A stretch of 64,000 bases of DNA, from NCBI RefSeq assembly GCF_003918875.1, contig NW_025767697.1:186001-250000 (forward strand), written 5' to 3'. Below the pieces are notes generated by a model. The model did not search any database. It was not told where the DNA came from and saw only the letters and a program-made list of their open reading frames with translations. A program made the position numbers and the translations under genes. Every line of letters begins with the position of its first letter. Position 1 is the first letter of the stretch. The stretch comes from Haliotis rubra. Lineage: Eukaryota. Below, in pieces: positions 1 through 12,700 of this stretch.

Positions 1-604
1 TATGACGGTTAAAGAGGTATATGGTTAAGTTAATTTCAAATGAGAACATATTATAATACTCACTTGGCATACGTACGTCTTATAAGTTAAATCAAATCTT
101 TCACTTATATATCTATCATGAGATGAAACAATTAAATTAATATGAAATCTATACCAAGGTTTGTCTAACTGATCATGCTTTAATAGGCAGAAAATTGCAT
201 TTGAGACACTTTAGTTAGGTTTGAACATCCTAAATATCCATATACATTTAACTCGCCCTTAGGGGGCTACCAAAGTAATTTCCAATTGTCGATACAAAAT
301 GATGTCATGATGTCGCGCACGCCCTATATTCATTCTATTTAATCACTATTACGTTCTGGTAATTTATTGTGTGTGTATTTTAAAGGTGAGTGTGTTCGTG
401 CGTGCGTGCATGTGTGTGTGAGCGCATTCACTAGTTAGGATGCACCTTGTTTTATTAAGTACATTGTTGTATATTAACTTTAACGACAAAGGTGTCGAAT
501 TTGTGGTAAACTTTATATTTTTAACGAACTGTTTTCCATATCCTTTAACTATCTCGGTCCGTATTTTGCAATAAAACCAAATATTAGTTCATGCGTATAC
601 TTAC

Positions 605-962
605 CATTTGAAGACAAAATCAAATTCACAATACATAGGAATACGACTCCCCTAAACACAAGGACAAACTGCATAGTTGGTACTCTAGGTCCGAGAAGCT
701 TCAGAATGACTGTTGCATGGTACTTTCAAACATTTCCACATATACCTGAAAAACGTCATGCGATGGTAGTGACACCGTCTTTCTTCCTGGTGTCAGTTTG
801 TGTCCATTCTTCTTGTAATGAAAGTCCGAATATAATGCCCCAGATATATTACACAGGTAACACACATTGTCTGATTCGAGAAGGTACACTGTGTTTCAGG
901 GGAAATCAGTATGTTAGAGTAAACACATGTCGAACACTAACACAACACCAATCCACCCTTCA
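605..962 (-). pseudogene. Degenerate exon, possibly a divergent CUB-like ectodomain exon of the receptor family
   Basis: TTTTTCAG acceptor at about 963 and G|GTAAG donor at 604. It reads VFDMC...TVYLLESDNVCYLCNISG, loosely like the MNMC...VYLHS...C...ITG of the CUB exons, but has several stops. Confidence 0.3.
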
Positions 963-1133
963 CTGAAAAATATCTGTACAATGAAGGTTATGAGAATACG
1001 ACAGTAAAATATGACATACATAAATACCATACATTAAATATTAACGTGAAAATACACTGCAATTTAACCTCTCTCACACGTGGTGCCCAGGTGAATGAAT
1101 GCATTGCTATGATGCAGCCAAGTCTATCTCACA

Positions 1134-1192
1134 GGTCGTGAGAAGGGGAAGTAGAAAAAAACGTGTCGTGAGAAGGGGAAGTAGAAAAAAAC
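1134..1192. repeat. Short tandem direct repeat (2 x about 29 bp)
   Basis: gtcgtgagaaggggaagtagaaaaaaac occurs twice in tandem. Confidence 0.85.
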
Positions 1193-1774
1193 ATTGTCCT
1201 GAACTGTAAAGCTATCAGCTATTCCCAACGACATTGTGTGAAATCTTGATGGTTATTAATTGATCACACTGGCTAAAGGACAATAGTTAACGTGGTGAAA
1301 GGGTAGCTTGAATTACTTGATGTTCCACACCAAGGGCTTTGTAAGGGTGGGACGTAGTTCGCCCCGCTGCTCATGTGAACGTGTTTTCAATATGCCCAGC
1401 CTCACTGGTGACACTGAACTAGAAGGGCCTGATATCTATATCCGTGGAAAGAATGGGAGAGAGGACAATCGCTTACAAGCACAGCCTACATGGTTGCTAT
1501 TAAATATTTGTATATGCTAATGTTACAACAAAGTTAATGATGATGGAAAATATGCATTATTATCATACAGATCCACGAGCGATTATGTATCCATCGTGGT
1601 GATTTAAAGGGCATGGTCACCCAGCCATCTAAGGCCCCACAATTCACCGTGCACGGGTGAATGAATACCTTACATGGTTGACATATTGGACTCGTACAAA
1701 CCACATTACCCTCTCATCTCGACAGTAACTGTTTATTGCGTTTGACAGGGACCTATGCTCCTGACATCAGGGTA

Positions 1775-2004
1775 CCCGTGAAGATCCGGGTTAGAATTGG
1801 TATTCAGCAATCCATGCTTGTCGTAAGAGGCGACTAACAGGATCGGGTGATCACTCTCCCCCGACCTGGTTGGCACGTATCATCGTTTCCCAATTGCGTA
1901 GATCTATGCTCGTGATGCAAAGTCCAGACTGGATCATTTACAGACCGCCGTCATGCAGGTGGAAAACTGCTGAGTTCGGTGTTAAACAAACAACAAACAA
2001 ACCC
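1775..2004 (+). mobile_element. Short interspersed repeat (Haliotis-type, cccgtgaagatccgggttagaattgg family)
   Basis: 12-bp TSD gacatcagggta (1763-1774 and 2005-2016) and (aaac)n tail. Related fragments at about 14330-14880, 21790-21900, 24170-24370, 29330-29460, 35880-36080, 39140-39230, 60045-60100, 60810-60970 and 61820-62000. Confidence 0.8.
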
Positions 2005-3236
2005 GACATCAGGGTATCATAAAATAAGAACGAATGCTCGTAAATGTGGTAACGGTTCACAGTTTTATTATTAGCAGATAACAGTAACTCGAAAGGCAAT
2101 TTAACACATCAAAATCCGTGTGAACACTGACAAGGATCGCTTTCAGCATAGATATCTTGTGGTGTTGGAAAACGTTTTTCGCGTTTGCTATAGATGATGG
2201 TGAACTTCTAAGCCGGACATTCCTCTAACAGTTAGCTGACGCACTGTCAGCGATCGTCAAAAAGCGGTCGTCTCGCTTGATTTGTATCGATGAGTGCTGT
2301 GGTCGTTGCTTTGATAATGAGTCGTTAGTTTGTTAGTCCCTGTTCGTCGGTTTTACATAATCTTAAACGTGTAAGAGAAGATGTTCTTCCTTGGTAAGCT
2401 GAGTAGCCTGTAGCAGACATACCCTATAGGTGTACTCTATAGATGGATTATTTAAACAGAATAACTGGTCTACGGATATTCGCAACTGCTGTCGTTAACT
2501 ATCTGCAACATCTACTGGTATGGGAACAGGAAATATTGCTTATATTCTTTCTGACAAGCCGGTATATGATGAAGGTTAATGCTAATAATACGCTTCTTTT
2601 CAGGTTCCATCTTAATGTAGAAGTATATCATGACATTGTATATATTGCATAGTACATCTTCTGATCTGAGGCAAAATGTATATACTAACAGAATGTGCCA
2701 TTCAGTAAGTTTTTTTTAAAAAACACAATCAAAGCACACAACTTATGTAGAACTTTGGACAGTGGAATAAGTTACTACGATCAACATAATACGACCGTTT
2801 TTCGTGTTTTGAACACTTCTTACAACGTCGAGGAAATTATAACATTGCAGTTATATATTTCAGTATAATCTTTATTCCAAATGATAACTATCAATATGCG
2901 TAAATATGTGTATAAGATTTTAACTCGTTCTAACAAGAAGTCTATTCCACACAATGGCCAAGTATATTCGCAATACATATCTTCGTTTGCCTTTCAACTT
3001 TTTAAACTGGGGGTGTTTTTCTCTCCCTGTTCATGATACTACACTTGCAGATTGGCTACGTTTAAGGCATCTAAAAACAAATATTGTCTTTATTTAATGT
3101 TGATCTATACACGTGATAAAATATGGTCCTCCTCAACCAGCGTCAGCAAATCTATTTTCCTCGATTAACAGCAGATGACGAAACATTCTTTCAAAGGCAA
3201 ATGGCATAATTTGTTTTGAGGAAAAACCTTCAGAGT

Positions 3237-3539
3237 TTCTGGGTCAGGCTAAGGTAACTTCTATCATCGTCAAAATACTCACATTCCTTAACAGTTCTGT
3301 TGTAACATAACGTGCAACTTCTACCAGTGTCACTGTAGCTATCTTCCTCACTACTTTGCTGTATTCTGTCGTAGGTCATGCAGAGTCAGATTCGAATAAG
3401 TGTTGGTATCATTTGTAACACGAGTTATGTCGTTTGGGATTTCATATCGACCGGACGTTTGTAGCTCTTTTTCCGGGGATGTTTCATAATGAAAGGGCTT
3501 GCGACTTATTTTTTTTGTTTTTTTCTGTGCTGCGCTTTG
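3237..3539 (-). pseudogene. Orphan, frameshifted Tyr-rich cytoplasmic-tail exon
   Basis: Phase-2 acceptor gtgCAG|C, then basic KAQHRKKQKK. Across frameshifts it gives HYET, RYEIP, TYSNL, TYDRI, SYSD and SYLSL, the same layout as the other tail exons in the cluster. Confidence 0.45.
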
Positions 3540-3719
3540 CTGCACAAATAAATGGATTAAAATTATTGAAATATTGACCCCAGTTAGCCAATAATGAAAC
3601 GCCATTATCACTATTAGAATGTTTATATCTGGCGTCTTGCCTTGAATGTTTGGTTATACTGATGTAGCGGCCATAAAATTTCCGAGTCCCGTGCTGGCAT
3701 TCGAACTACGGACCTTCTG

Positions 3720-4650
3720 GTCCAAAGTCCAACAGGAAATATGTCCGTTTGTAATCATGAATATCAAAAAGGTTTTGTAAAAGACAGATATATAGGGGAA
3801 ATGTCCAGACTAGTTTAGGATATTATGGACCATACTGAAACTTTCCAAACTCGAAAATGGAGTGATTCCCGCCATTTCAAACCCTTTTTGGATAGAAGTC
3901 TTTAAAGATTGGTCTAATATTGTTAGAAGATACAAAGGACATGTAAAAACTGATTGTGACTCAATGTATTTAGATGATAACATAAAACTTGGAAATAAGA
4001 CTATTTCTTACAGAAGCTGGGGAAAACAAGGTATAATATTCGAGAACGATTTATTGAATGAAAACGGTAGATTATATTCGAAGGAAGAATTTTGTGCCTT
4101 ATACACCCTTGACACAGACTTTCTTAAATATGAGGGCGTTAAACGAGCAGTTTTATGTTATGCAAATTCTACAAAATCAACTATGTGGATAGCTCTAAAT
4201 GTACCTTTTGCAACGAATATGAAGAAAAAAATTATCATGTCTTCTGGGAGTGTGACGAGGTGGAAAGCATATGGCGTGAAATGAAAATATAGCTCAGAAC
4301 TGTAGACGGAGAATTGAGTTTTACAAATTCCCAGGTAATGTTTGGGATTAAAGAAAAGCATAACTATGCACTAAATGCGATAATTATTTTAGTCAAGAAT
4401 AGCATATACAACTATGGTAAGAAAGGTTTCATTCCAAATGTTTCATACATCAAGGGACAAATCATAAAATATTATAATACCACAAAATATGCATACATTT
4501 ACCTTGACCAGGAACCCTACTTCCTAAAACTATGGTCCAGTTTACACATGCTATTTAGAACCGTTGAGTAGGTAAATTATTTTGATGTTCAGATCTTGAA
4601 CTGTAGACTTTTGCATATGTCAACCTGTATGTATACCGGAAAAAGCGGGG
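3720..4650 (+). mobile_element. Non-LTR retrotransposon (L1/Tx1-like) ORF2 3' fragment, degenerate
   Basis: ORFs 3862-4284 (NPFWIEVFKDW...SWGKQGI..NDLL) and 4314-4571 (VMFG...NAIIILVKNSIY...W) are typical of L1-clade C-termini. A second copy lies at 33280-33705. Confidence 0.7.
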
Positions 4651-5937
4651 GCGGGGAATATGTTCTAATACACGGTGAGCGATACACAGCACAACACCAA
4701 CCAAAACTGTTTTCTGATTTTATAAGGATCGGCTGTATACATTGTGTACAGCTTCTTGGTTTTATGGGGTTTTTTATAACCTTTTGAATTGGTGATGTTT
4801 TGTATTATTTCATTAGAACGAGATTAGATTAAATCAGTGATAACGTGAATATGTCTTACCTACACGTTCAGCCATATTTATCAATGTCCATTTAAAGGGT
4901 TTTATTGAGATCTAACATGACGAAAACCATTGTTTAATTTAGCATTAATTTCAATGGTTAAGTGATTCTTATGATTGAGCTTGAAACGTCTTGAATGGAC
5001 ATGAATCTTAACGTATGGCTTTATAAGGCATAGTTTGATGCTAATCCAAGCTGGGTTGCTGCTTTCATCTTATAGGTTTGTTTGAGAACGTTTTAAATCA
5101 TTGTACTGCAATACGTAAATGACTGTCGTGTTTTCCTTCTCCTGACCTGTCAAGTCAGACCTGTTTATATGGGGCCTGTCTGTTGCCACAAACTACAACC
5201 CATTTCAGATCTGAATAGCTTTTTACCTGTCCCCGATAACGACTCCGGCAATCTACACAATGCAGCTCAAATACATATTAGTCATTCTCAGCGTTTATAC
5301 CTGTAACAGGAGCGCGCATTAGGCAATTCATATGCTAGCTGTATTGTACTGTTGGGATGATTAATTCTCATGAAGGAAGTAAAGAATCCTCTCGTTCAGA
5401 ATATTGTGTTACTGCGTATCTAACTTAGGTTACAAATCATTAGTTTATATGGCTGTTCAGCGGATCCAATACTTTAGCACCAAGCATGAATTCTATGTTT
5501 GGTATGGTATTATTAGGAAAATATTTCTATATTATCAAATAATCATTTTCAGGCATTTTTCATCGACCTTCATTTTCCTCGTTTTCGTGAAAGAAGTCAG
5601 TAAGCCGATTAAAATTTCATATTTCCTTATCTGCAAGCTTGACTGTTAGAGTGGCCACTGTTGGAACAGTAAGTAAGAACTGCACATGAGGCAATAATTA
5701 AATGTGCGGTTGCTATACGTTGTGTGAAGAATAGATACAGTGTACAAAGGCGAGTACTTTGGCGTAAGAAAGTCAATAGCAATGTGTTTACATGTGTAAT
5801 AAGCAGTTTGTTTGGTGTTAAATGTAACTGGTTAGAACGTACAGAATATAAGCTGTGTAAACTCTATATACTCTGATATACATCCTAATACAAATGTGTA
5901 CATACGAACGTTTGAATTTTGCCTATCTAAATATAAT

Positions 5938-6943
5938 ATATAACAAATTTATGGATAACAACTTCTTTATTTTCGTGAGTGCGACGTTTCGATACAGATT
6001 CTTGTACCGTTGTCAAGCAAGAGTGATACATGAAGTGTAGGAGCTGCATATATATACTGTATATAACAATGAAACAACATAATAGACAAAGGAAACAAGA
6101 TAATTGCCATGATTGGCTAAGCAGTAAGCTGATGAAGCCAGTAAGTACATAAAGGATAGTGAATGGAAGCCAGAGATGTAGTTACAATGAGATGTTTATA
6201 CAATGGATGCTATGTTTATACAATAGACTGGGCTTGGTGGAGGAGTGGATCATAAGCAGATGGAATGAAGTATCCTTGGTCACGGTTGATGGTAGGCTTG
6301 TGGCGTTTGATGTGAATGGCTTCTGTGAGCTTGCGTTTAGTGAAGTCCGTTTGGTTGTTGGCGAGAATGGTGATGTCGGACCACTCTATTTGATGATTGG
6401 GGTTGGCTTTGATGTGGTCAGAGATAGCTGATTTGGTCAACAGTCAACAGAACCATCGAAGCAACGCTTTCACCTCCTGCCAAAAGATCTAAACCAGAAT
6501 CAGCCCCCATCAAGATATCCATTCCCTACATTGGTAAACCATCACACCAAATCAGCCGACTCCTGAAACAACAGGCAGGAATAGACACTACCTTCTCAGC
6601 GTCCTCCAGCCTCAACAGCCTCCTCCATGCTAACGGAAGAAAACAACCCACCGTCAACAACAACAACCCGAAATGTGTTATTTACAAAATAGACTGTGAT
6701 TGTGGACAATGCTACATAGGTGAAACATCCCGACCCATCAACACCCGAGTCAAAGAACATCGCACCTCTGTTGCTAATTCCGACACCAAATCAGCTATCT
6801 CTGACCACATCAAAGCCAACCCCAATCATCAAATAGAGTGGTCCGACATCACCATTCTCGCACTCACGAAAATAAAGAAGTTGTTATCCATAAATTTGTT
6901 ATATATTGTACGTCTCAACTTCTAAAATGCCACTCAAACAAGT
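5938..6943. mobile_element. Penelope-like retroelement fragment (GIY-YIG endonuclease) with inverted structure
   Basis: Plus strand 6442-6860 encodes ISIPYIG...CVIYKIDCDCGQCYIGETSRPINTRVKEH...SAISDH. An inverted copy of the C-terminus lies on the minus strand at 6216-6440. About 45-bp inverted ends (5941-5984 and 6858-6901) and a 14-bp TSD tatctaaatataat (5924-5937 and 6944-6957). Confidence 0.9.
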
Positions 6944-8070
6944 TATCTAAATATAATTTTACAAAATTTTAATTCATGGCGATAATAAGGTTTATTTCCA
7001 TCCATGTGCACACGCGAATACATTTAACACAATCAGCTCAGTGATTTAAACCCGCAGTGTTAAAGGATAAAAAAGAAATAGGTAACTGAATGAGTGAAGA
7101 AATACAACACAAACATACGCATTAATGTCGGTGTCCCACCATATGTGGCAGCAGCATTAGCAACGTGATAGTGTACATACATATTCCAGGAATACATATT
7201 CCATTGATACAGGCAGACACAGAACAGGTAAAACATCAACATCGAGCATTCATCTTTCGTTCGTTAACATCGTGTATTCTCGTGACACATCCTGTTAAAT
7301 GTATTACCAGTCACAATGGCCAAAATCAACATACAAAAATATCATTATAACCAAATAGCTCTAGGCAGTCAGAATGACATTCGTTGAAATGAGGTAACGG
7401 GCATTTGGTCTAAACATATTTATTCGTGAAATAAATGGATTGGCAATCAAGGTACAAGCTTATATTAATGCCGCTCAAATACAATTTACAAAGGTATATA
7501 TATCAACTAAATCAAAATAAATGGGCATTTGTGTACCATCATGACAAAAAGTTTGGTTTATTTTTTTTATTAAATTAAAGCTGATGTTTGAAACAATCTT
7601 GAACTTTGTTAGGTTATAATTGAACCAAGAGAAACGCATTGACCTTTCATTCAGTGATATTCAATAAGAGTGATAATGTGATGCGTATTCTGCAAAAGAA
7701 GTTGGGTCGGATTAAAGCATTAAAACATGATCATACATATGTATGTCAATTGATAATTGCGTGAAGACGTCAAATATGCTCGGCATTATACTATCAACTA
7801 TGATCAAATGAATTTGTCTTTATGTTCATTCTCTGGAAAGTAGATTTAGACGGCGTCTTTTCATTTCATTTGTGTCTTCTGGTGGACAAGTCCATTAATG
7901 CACCCACCGATGACATGACGTAAATCCACGATAGCTTATTTTGGTGTAAGTTTCAGATTTACGTACTCATCTTCTTACACTATCCAAAATGAAATGCCAT
8001 TATTATGATCATCACTTGATGTTGAATATTCGCGAACATACTCGGGACACATCAACTCCTGTTTCAAAAG

Positions 8071-8279
8071 CTAAATGAAATTGTGGTAGAGACCATTGGA
8101 CACCATGACTCTATCCTCGTCATCGTGAACGTTGCTGGAAGAAATGTCCTATTCTTCCTGCAGAGAATCCTTCCCTGTCATACGCTTTATCATAGAGTCC
8201 ATTGTCAACCATTCCCTCGCTAGTTTCCAGTCCTCCATCATACAAATCACCAACACAATTGTCGCTGCCAACGGGGTCG
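8071..8279 (-). pseudogene. Decayed ancestral C-terminus of gene A tail
   Basis: After the stop at 8280 the repeat continues in shifted frames (GLETSEGMVDNGLYD), passes a TAG, and ends VMVSNGLYHNFI*. This is homologous to MMSNDLYHSFV* of the 50936 exon. Confidence 0.7.
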
Positions 8280-9410
8280 TCAAGGAGGACCCCTTTCGTA
8301 GACATCGTTTTCTACCATATCACAATCATTTTTCCCAGCCAGTTTACTTTTGTTAACAGAAGTGTCGGATTCGTCCTGCAGAGATTCCTTCTCTCTGTCA
8401 TACTCGAATTTATCATAGAGTCCATTGTCAACCATTCCCACGTTTGTTTCCAGTCCTACACCATACAAATCACCAACAGGATTGTCGTTGTCAGCCATGC
8501 TGCCAAAGGGTTCATCAAGATGAAGAGGCCCTCCGTCGTAGACGTCTTTTTCTATCATTTCATAACCATCTTTCCAAGACTGTTTACTGTTGTTAGGAGA
8601 AGTGTTGGATTCTACCTGCACAGTTTCTTTCTCTCTGTTAAAGTCGAATTCATCATAGAGCCCATTGTCAACCATTCCCTCGCTAGTTTCCAGTCCTTCA
8701 TCATACGAATCACCAACAGCATTGTCGTTGTCAGCCATGCTGCCAAAGGGTTCATCAAGATGAGGAGGCCCTCCGTCATAGACATCATTTTCTATCATTT
8801 CACGCTTATCTTCCCAAGACTGTTTACTGTTGTTAGCAGAAGCGTCGGATTCGACCTGCACAGATTCTTTCTCTCTGTCAAAGTCGAATTTATCATAGAG
8901 CCCATTGTCAACCATTCCCTCGCTAGTTTCCAGTCCTTCATCACACGAATCACCAACAGGGTTGTCGTTGTCAGCCATGCTGCCAAAGGGTTCATCAAGA
9001 TGAGGAGGCCCTCCGTCATAGACATCATTTTCTATCATTTCACGCTTATCTTCCCAAGACTGTTTACTGTTGTTAGCAGAAGCGTCGGATTCGACCTGCA
9101 CAGATTCTTTCTCTCTGTCAGAGTCGAATTTATCATAGAGCCCATTGTCAACCATTCCCTCGCTAGTTTCCAGTCCATCACCAACATGATTGCCTTTTGC
9201 AGCACAAGGAGGCCCTCTGTCGTAGAGGTCGTTTTCTTTCATTTCACGATTATTTTTCCAAGCCTGTTCACTATTATTATGAGAAGTGTCAGAATCGTCC
9301 TGAACAGATTCTTTCTCTCTTTCAAAGTCGAATTTATCATAGGCTACATTGTCAACCATTGCCTCTCGAAGATTATCAAAACCTCCGTCATATAAATCAT
9401 TTTCAGTCAT
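8180..9410 (-). repeat. Coding tandem repeat, 240-nt (80-aa) period, about 5 units
   Basis: tcgaatt(t/c)atcatagag(c/t)ccattgtcaaccattccc recurs in the lines starting 8401, 8641, 8881 and 9121. The central units are nearly identical. Confidence 0.95.
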
Positions 9411-9747
9411 ACCACATATTCCTTGATGACCGTTGTCAGCCCTGCTGCCATTAACCATAAATGTACTGTTGTCGTACATATCTACTGTAGAACCCAAAGG
9501 CAACGCCTTAGCGTACTGATCCTGCTCATTTTTTCCAGAAGTCTCAGTTCGGTGTCCAAGTTCTGAATTTAAGGATTGTCCAACTCTTGCTCCAAATTCT
9601 GGATCGAGCACAAAATTCTGGTGAAAGGTTTCATTTTGTTCCAAGCCATTGTGATGCTTTTCCGTATTCATGGGACTGAGTTCTAAAGGCCTTTCAAAAT
9701 GACCTTTACCGGGAGTTTCAAGAGGATGGCTCTTCTTCACATGTTTC
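8280..9747 (-). CDS. Gene A last exon: acidic cytoplasmic tail with 11 M-x-x-(N/K)-x-x-Y motifs
   Basis: Phase-2 acceptor ttcAAG|G AAA CAT and a 486-aa open frame. Motifs: MTENDLY, MVDNVAY, MKENDLY, MVDNGLY x4, MIENDVY x2, MIEKDVY, MVENDVYE. Confidence 0.85.
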
Positions 9748-12700
9748 CTTGAATAAAATAAAACAATTAACTGACATTAACTTGTGATACAGCCGACCCT
9801 TATTATCCCGAATTCGGTTATCACTGCTGTATAGATATTTGGACCCGATTCTCTAGTCAAGACCAGCTCATTATATAAACACTTTTTTTATTTCCTATGT
9901 TGCGATTAAATCGTGTTTGTTTATAATTATGAACAGATTACATTATCTCACTTATTGGTCATGACGCGTTATCTCGAGTGTCCGGATACCTGAAATTCCA
10001 ACATGATTCCGATTGGTCGAGATAACGGGATTTGACAGTATTAAAGTCTAAGATGAATATATTTTCAGAAAATTTAAAAAGTGTATAGTTGAAGATAGTT
10101 TATGCAATACAATTGTCAATATTTATTGAAAACATAAATTCTAATAAACACTCATCATGTTACAATATAAAAAAGAAAAATCTGAATATTACCTGCAAAG
10201 GACAACTGAAATCACGACAATCAAGATTGTGACAACACAGCCAGAGACAGCGGAAGCAACCCATATTATCAGTCCTGTTAAAATAAGATCATCATGATAG
10301 ATTGTCAGTGAGTTGAAGAGTAAGATTCGATGACTGGAAAGGTCTGAACAACTTGTATTACTTCATGAACAGTAATGACCTCTTACATTACTGTTCATGA
10401 CATGTTTGTTTTCTGTTAAGTGAAGATTAAGTTAAATTAGACAAAAGATATGTCGGTGCAATGCTGAGGTACCTACCCGGTTCAGGGCTGGACGTGGTTG
10501 TGAAAGATGCTTCGCCATTCTTTGTAGTCATATTTGTAGAGAATACTGATGAGAAATAAAACTGACAATTAGATACATCGCACAATGTAATTTGGTTTTA
10601 AAGTAGTAAATAAATAGATTTCGTGTGTTTATTTTCTCATTCATTTGGGACATTTAGGTGAACATATGTTTGCATATGTTTCTGACGGGTGCCACCGGTG
10701 AGAGGGTGTACGTTCAGCTTCTTGTATCATACGTTTTAACTGTTTGATGGTGATTCTTAATCAGTCAATATCGACTCATACACGCGGTACTTACTAGATT
10801 TCTCTTTCATATTCGACAGCATGAATGACATAGATTAATCCAGGGTAGTGATTTGTATATCTATATATATGTGTGTATCCCTTATATCAATGATTTGACT
10901 GTTTGTATCGGTTGTAAGTCCTATCGGTGTAAGTAATGTCTTACATCAAATGATGTGTCTTGGTTCCTCCTTTCGCAAAATAAATAGAAGTCTTAACGCT
11001 ATTCTGTCTCTAACACATATCCCATCCCACCCCTTCCAGAATATCAATTGGTCTGTCCCTAAAATGTGCATTACACAGCACACTACTTGAGTGGTTAAGA
11101 TTGTTGATTTTACGAGGAAATATTGCATGCACGGTCCATTGACTGTGATCTCTAAATGAATTGTTCCTGATCATTCCTCATGCGGTTTTATCTTGTTGAT
11201 ATTTTGTGTATCTTTTCACCTGTATAAGACTTTGGAGTGGTCACTGCCGTGGTTGACTTTGGAGTAGTCAGCGCCGTGGTTGTGTTTGTTGTTGGATCAC
11301 GTGTCACTGTTTCTGACATTGTTGATTGATCTGTTGGGAGAAAGAGGCTGCTGAATTGTGTCTTGTCAGGATTTGAAGCATTACTTTTCCTTTGAGACGA
11401 AATGTACTGTTGAATGACAATTCCTTGGAATATGTTTCGGACAGGTTTACAATAAACATATAAACATATAAACATATATGTTGACATATACTGACAAGTT
11501 TTTAGATAGAAGACATAAACATGAACGCTTACTTTTATGAGATTCTATTTTTTCGAAACTTGCGTTTATATGCGATTTGGGAAAACAAAAATGACTTTAC
11601 ATTTCAGGTTTTAAATGCTCTTCTTCTTTGTATAATTCACCAGGATGCACATAATTATTAGAATATGACCTTCACAACTGGTCAGTAAATCATTTTCATA
11701 CCGTTGTATCACTGTACCAAAATTTGAACTTGCTACCCCATGTATTTATAATTGTTTGTTATGGTAGGAATATATTGTAAATGCTACTAAGTCTTCGTTT
11801 CATAGCAACCGTTGGTTATACCATCTCTTTGAGTAGTTATCTGCATTCGTTCCTACTAGTTTTTCAGTCCTATGTTTGTTTTTTCGTTCGTTTTTATAAG
11901 AAATTGTGCGCAATGAATACCTGCACATGACTCTCGTCTGGTCGCAAGTAGTGTGAACCAACAAAGAACACAGAAATGTTTTACAATTAATAATTGTAGT
12001 ATAACAGTATCTAGGTTTACAAATCAACACAAACCACTGCAATGTAATTGCAATGCCAGAAGAGAATGTATAAACAAGGGCAGTATAGAATCTAATAGCA
12101 GTGGTAATGGCAGCAGAGTCAGTGGTTACAATATTCACCTCGCAGCAACAGTGAACAAGTCTGCAAAATATGCCTTTGCAGGATACAAAGGTGACACTAT
12201 CACACTTTATGTAGTTTGTGATCAGAGAGGTTTATGTTTTCCCACTTACATGGTCTCAAAACCTTACATGTGGCCGTCATTTAGCTTTTGGCCTGTCTTG
12301 TGAGTATTTCTGTCAGAAAACGACTGAATGTATTGCAACCAAACCTTATTTGATAGGGACATGGAGGAGAAAATGTTTGTTACAACAGTTCTGCTGTTCT
12401 GGTGGTATGTACTAAAGTATGTACTACTCATGTAGTTCTCAAGGAATATAGACATAGGATCGACTTTAAATTACTGATATACCACATAGCGACTGTGTGT
12501 ATTTACATGCGATATAAGAATATAGTGTGCACACACCGTGAAGAAATGCGTGTAAATACGTATGGTTACATGTGTCTGTTGATACCATCATCGTTTGATT
12601 TGGAAGGCCACTGTGTTGCTTTACTCACAGTCGAGTTAGTAGTATGTCCATGCGTAGATGTAGCGGTCGTAAAAGACGCTGCAACTTGAGATTTTTTATG

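Noticed and set aside
8202-9395. 397-aa hydrophobic plus-strand ORF
   Set aside because: Antisense shadow of gene A's 240-nt coding repeat. A stop-free unit repeated gives a long ORF, and the minus frame has the splice context and paralogs.
8180-9410. Regular repeat array as CRISPR-like
   Set aside because: No unique spacers; it is a coding tandem repeat in a eukaryotic gene.
11800-12138. ORF with a hydrophobic stretch as an alternative TM exon of gene A
   Set aside because: Weak acceptor in the wrong phase, and no counterpart in the paralogs.
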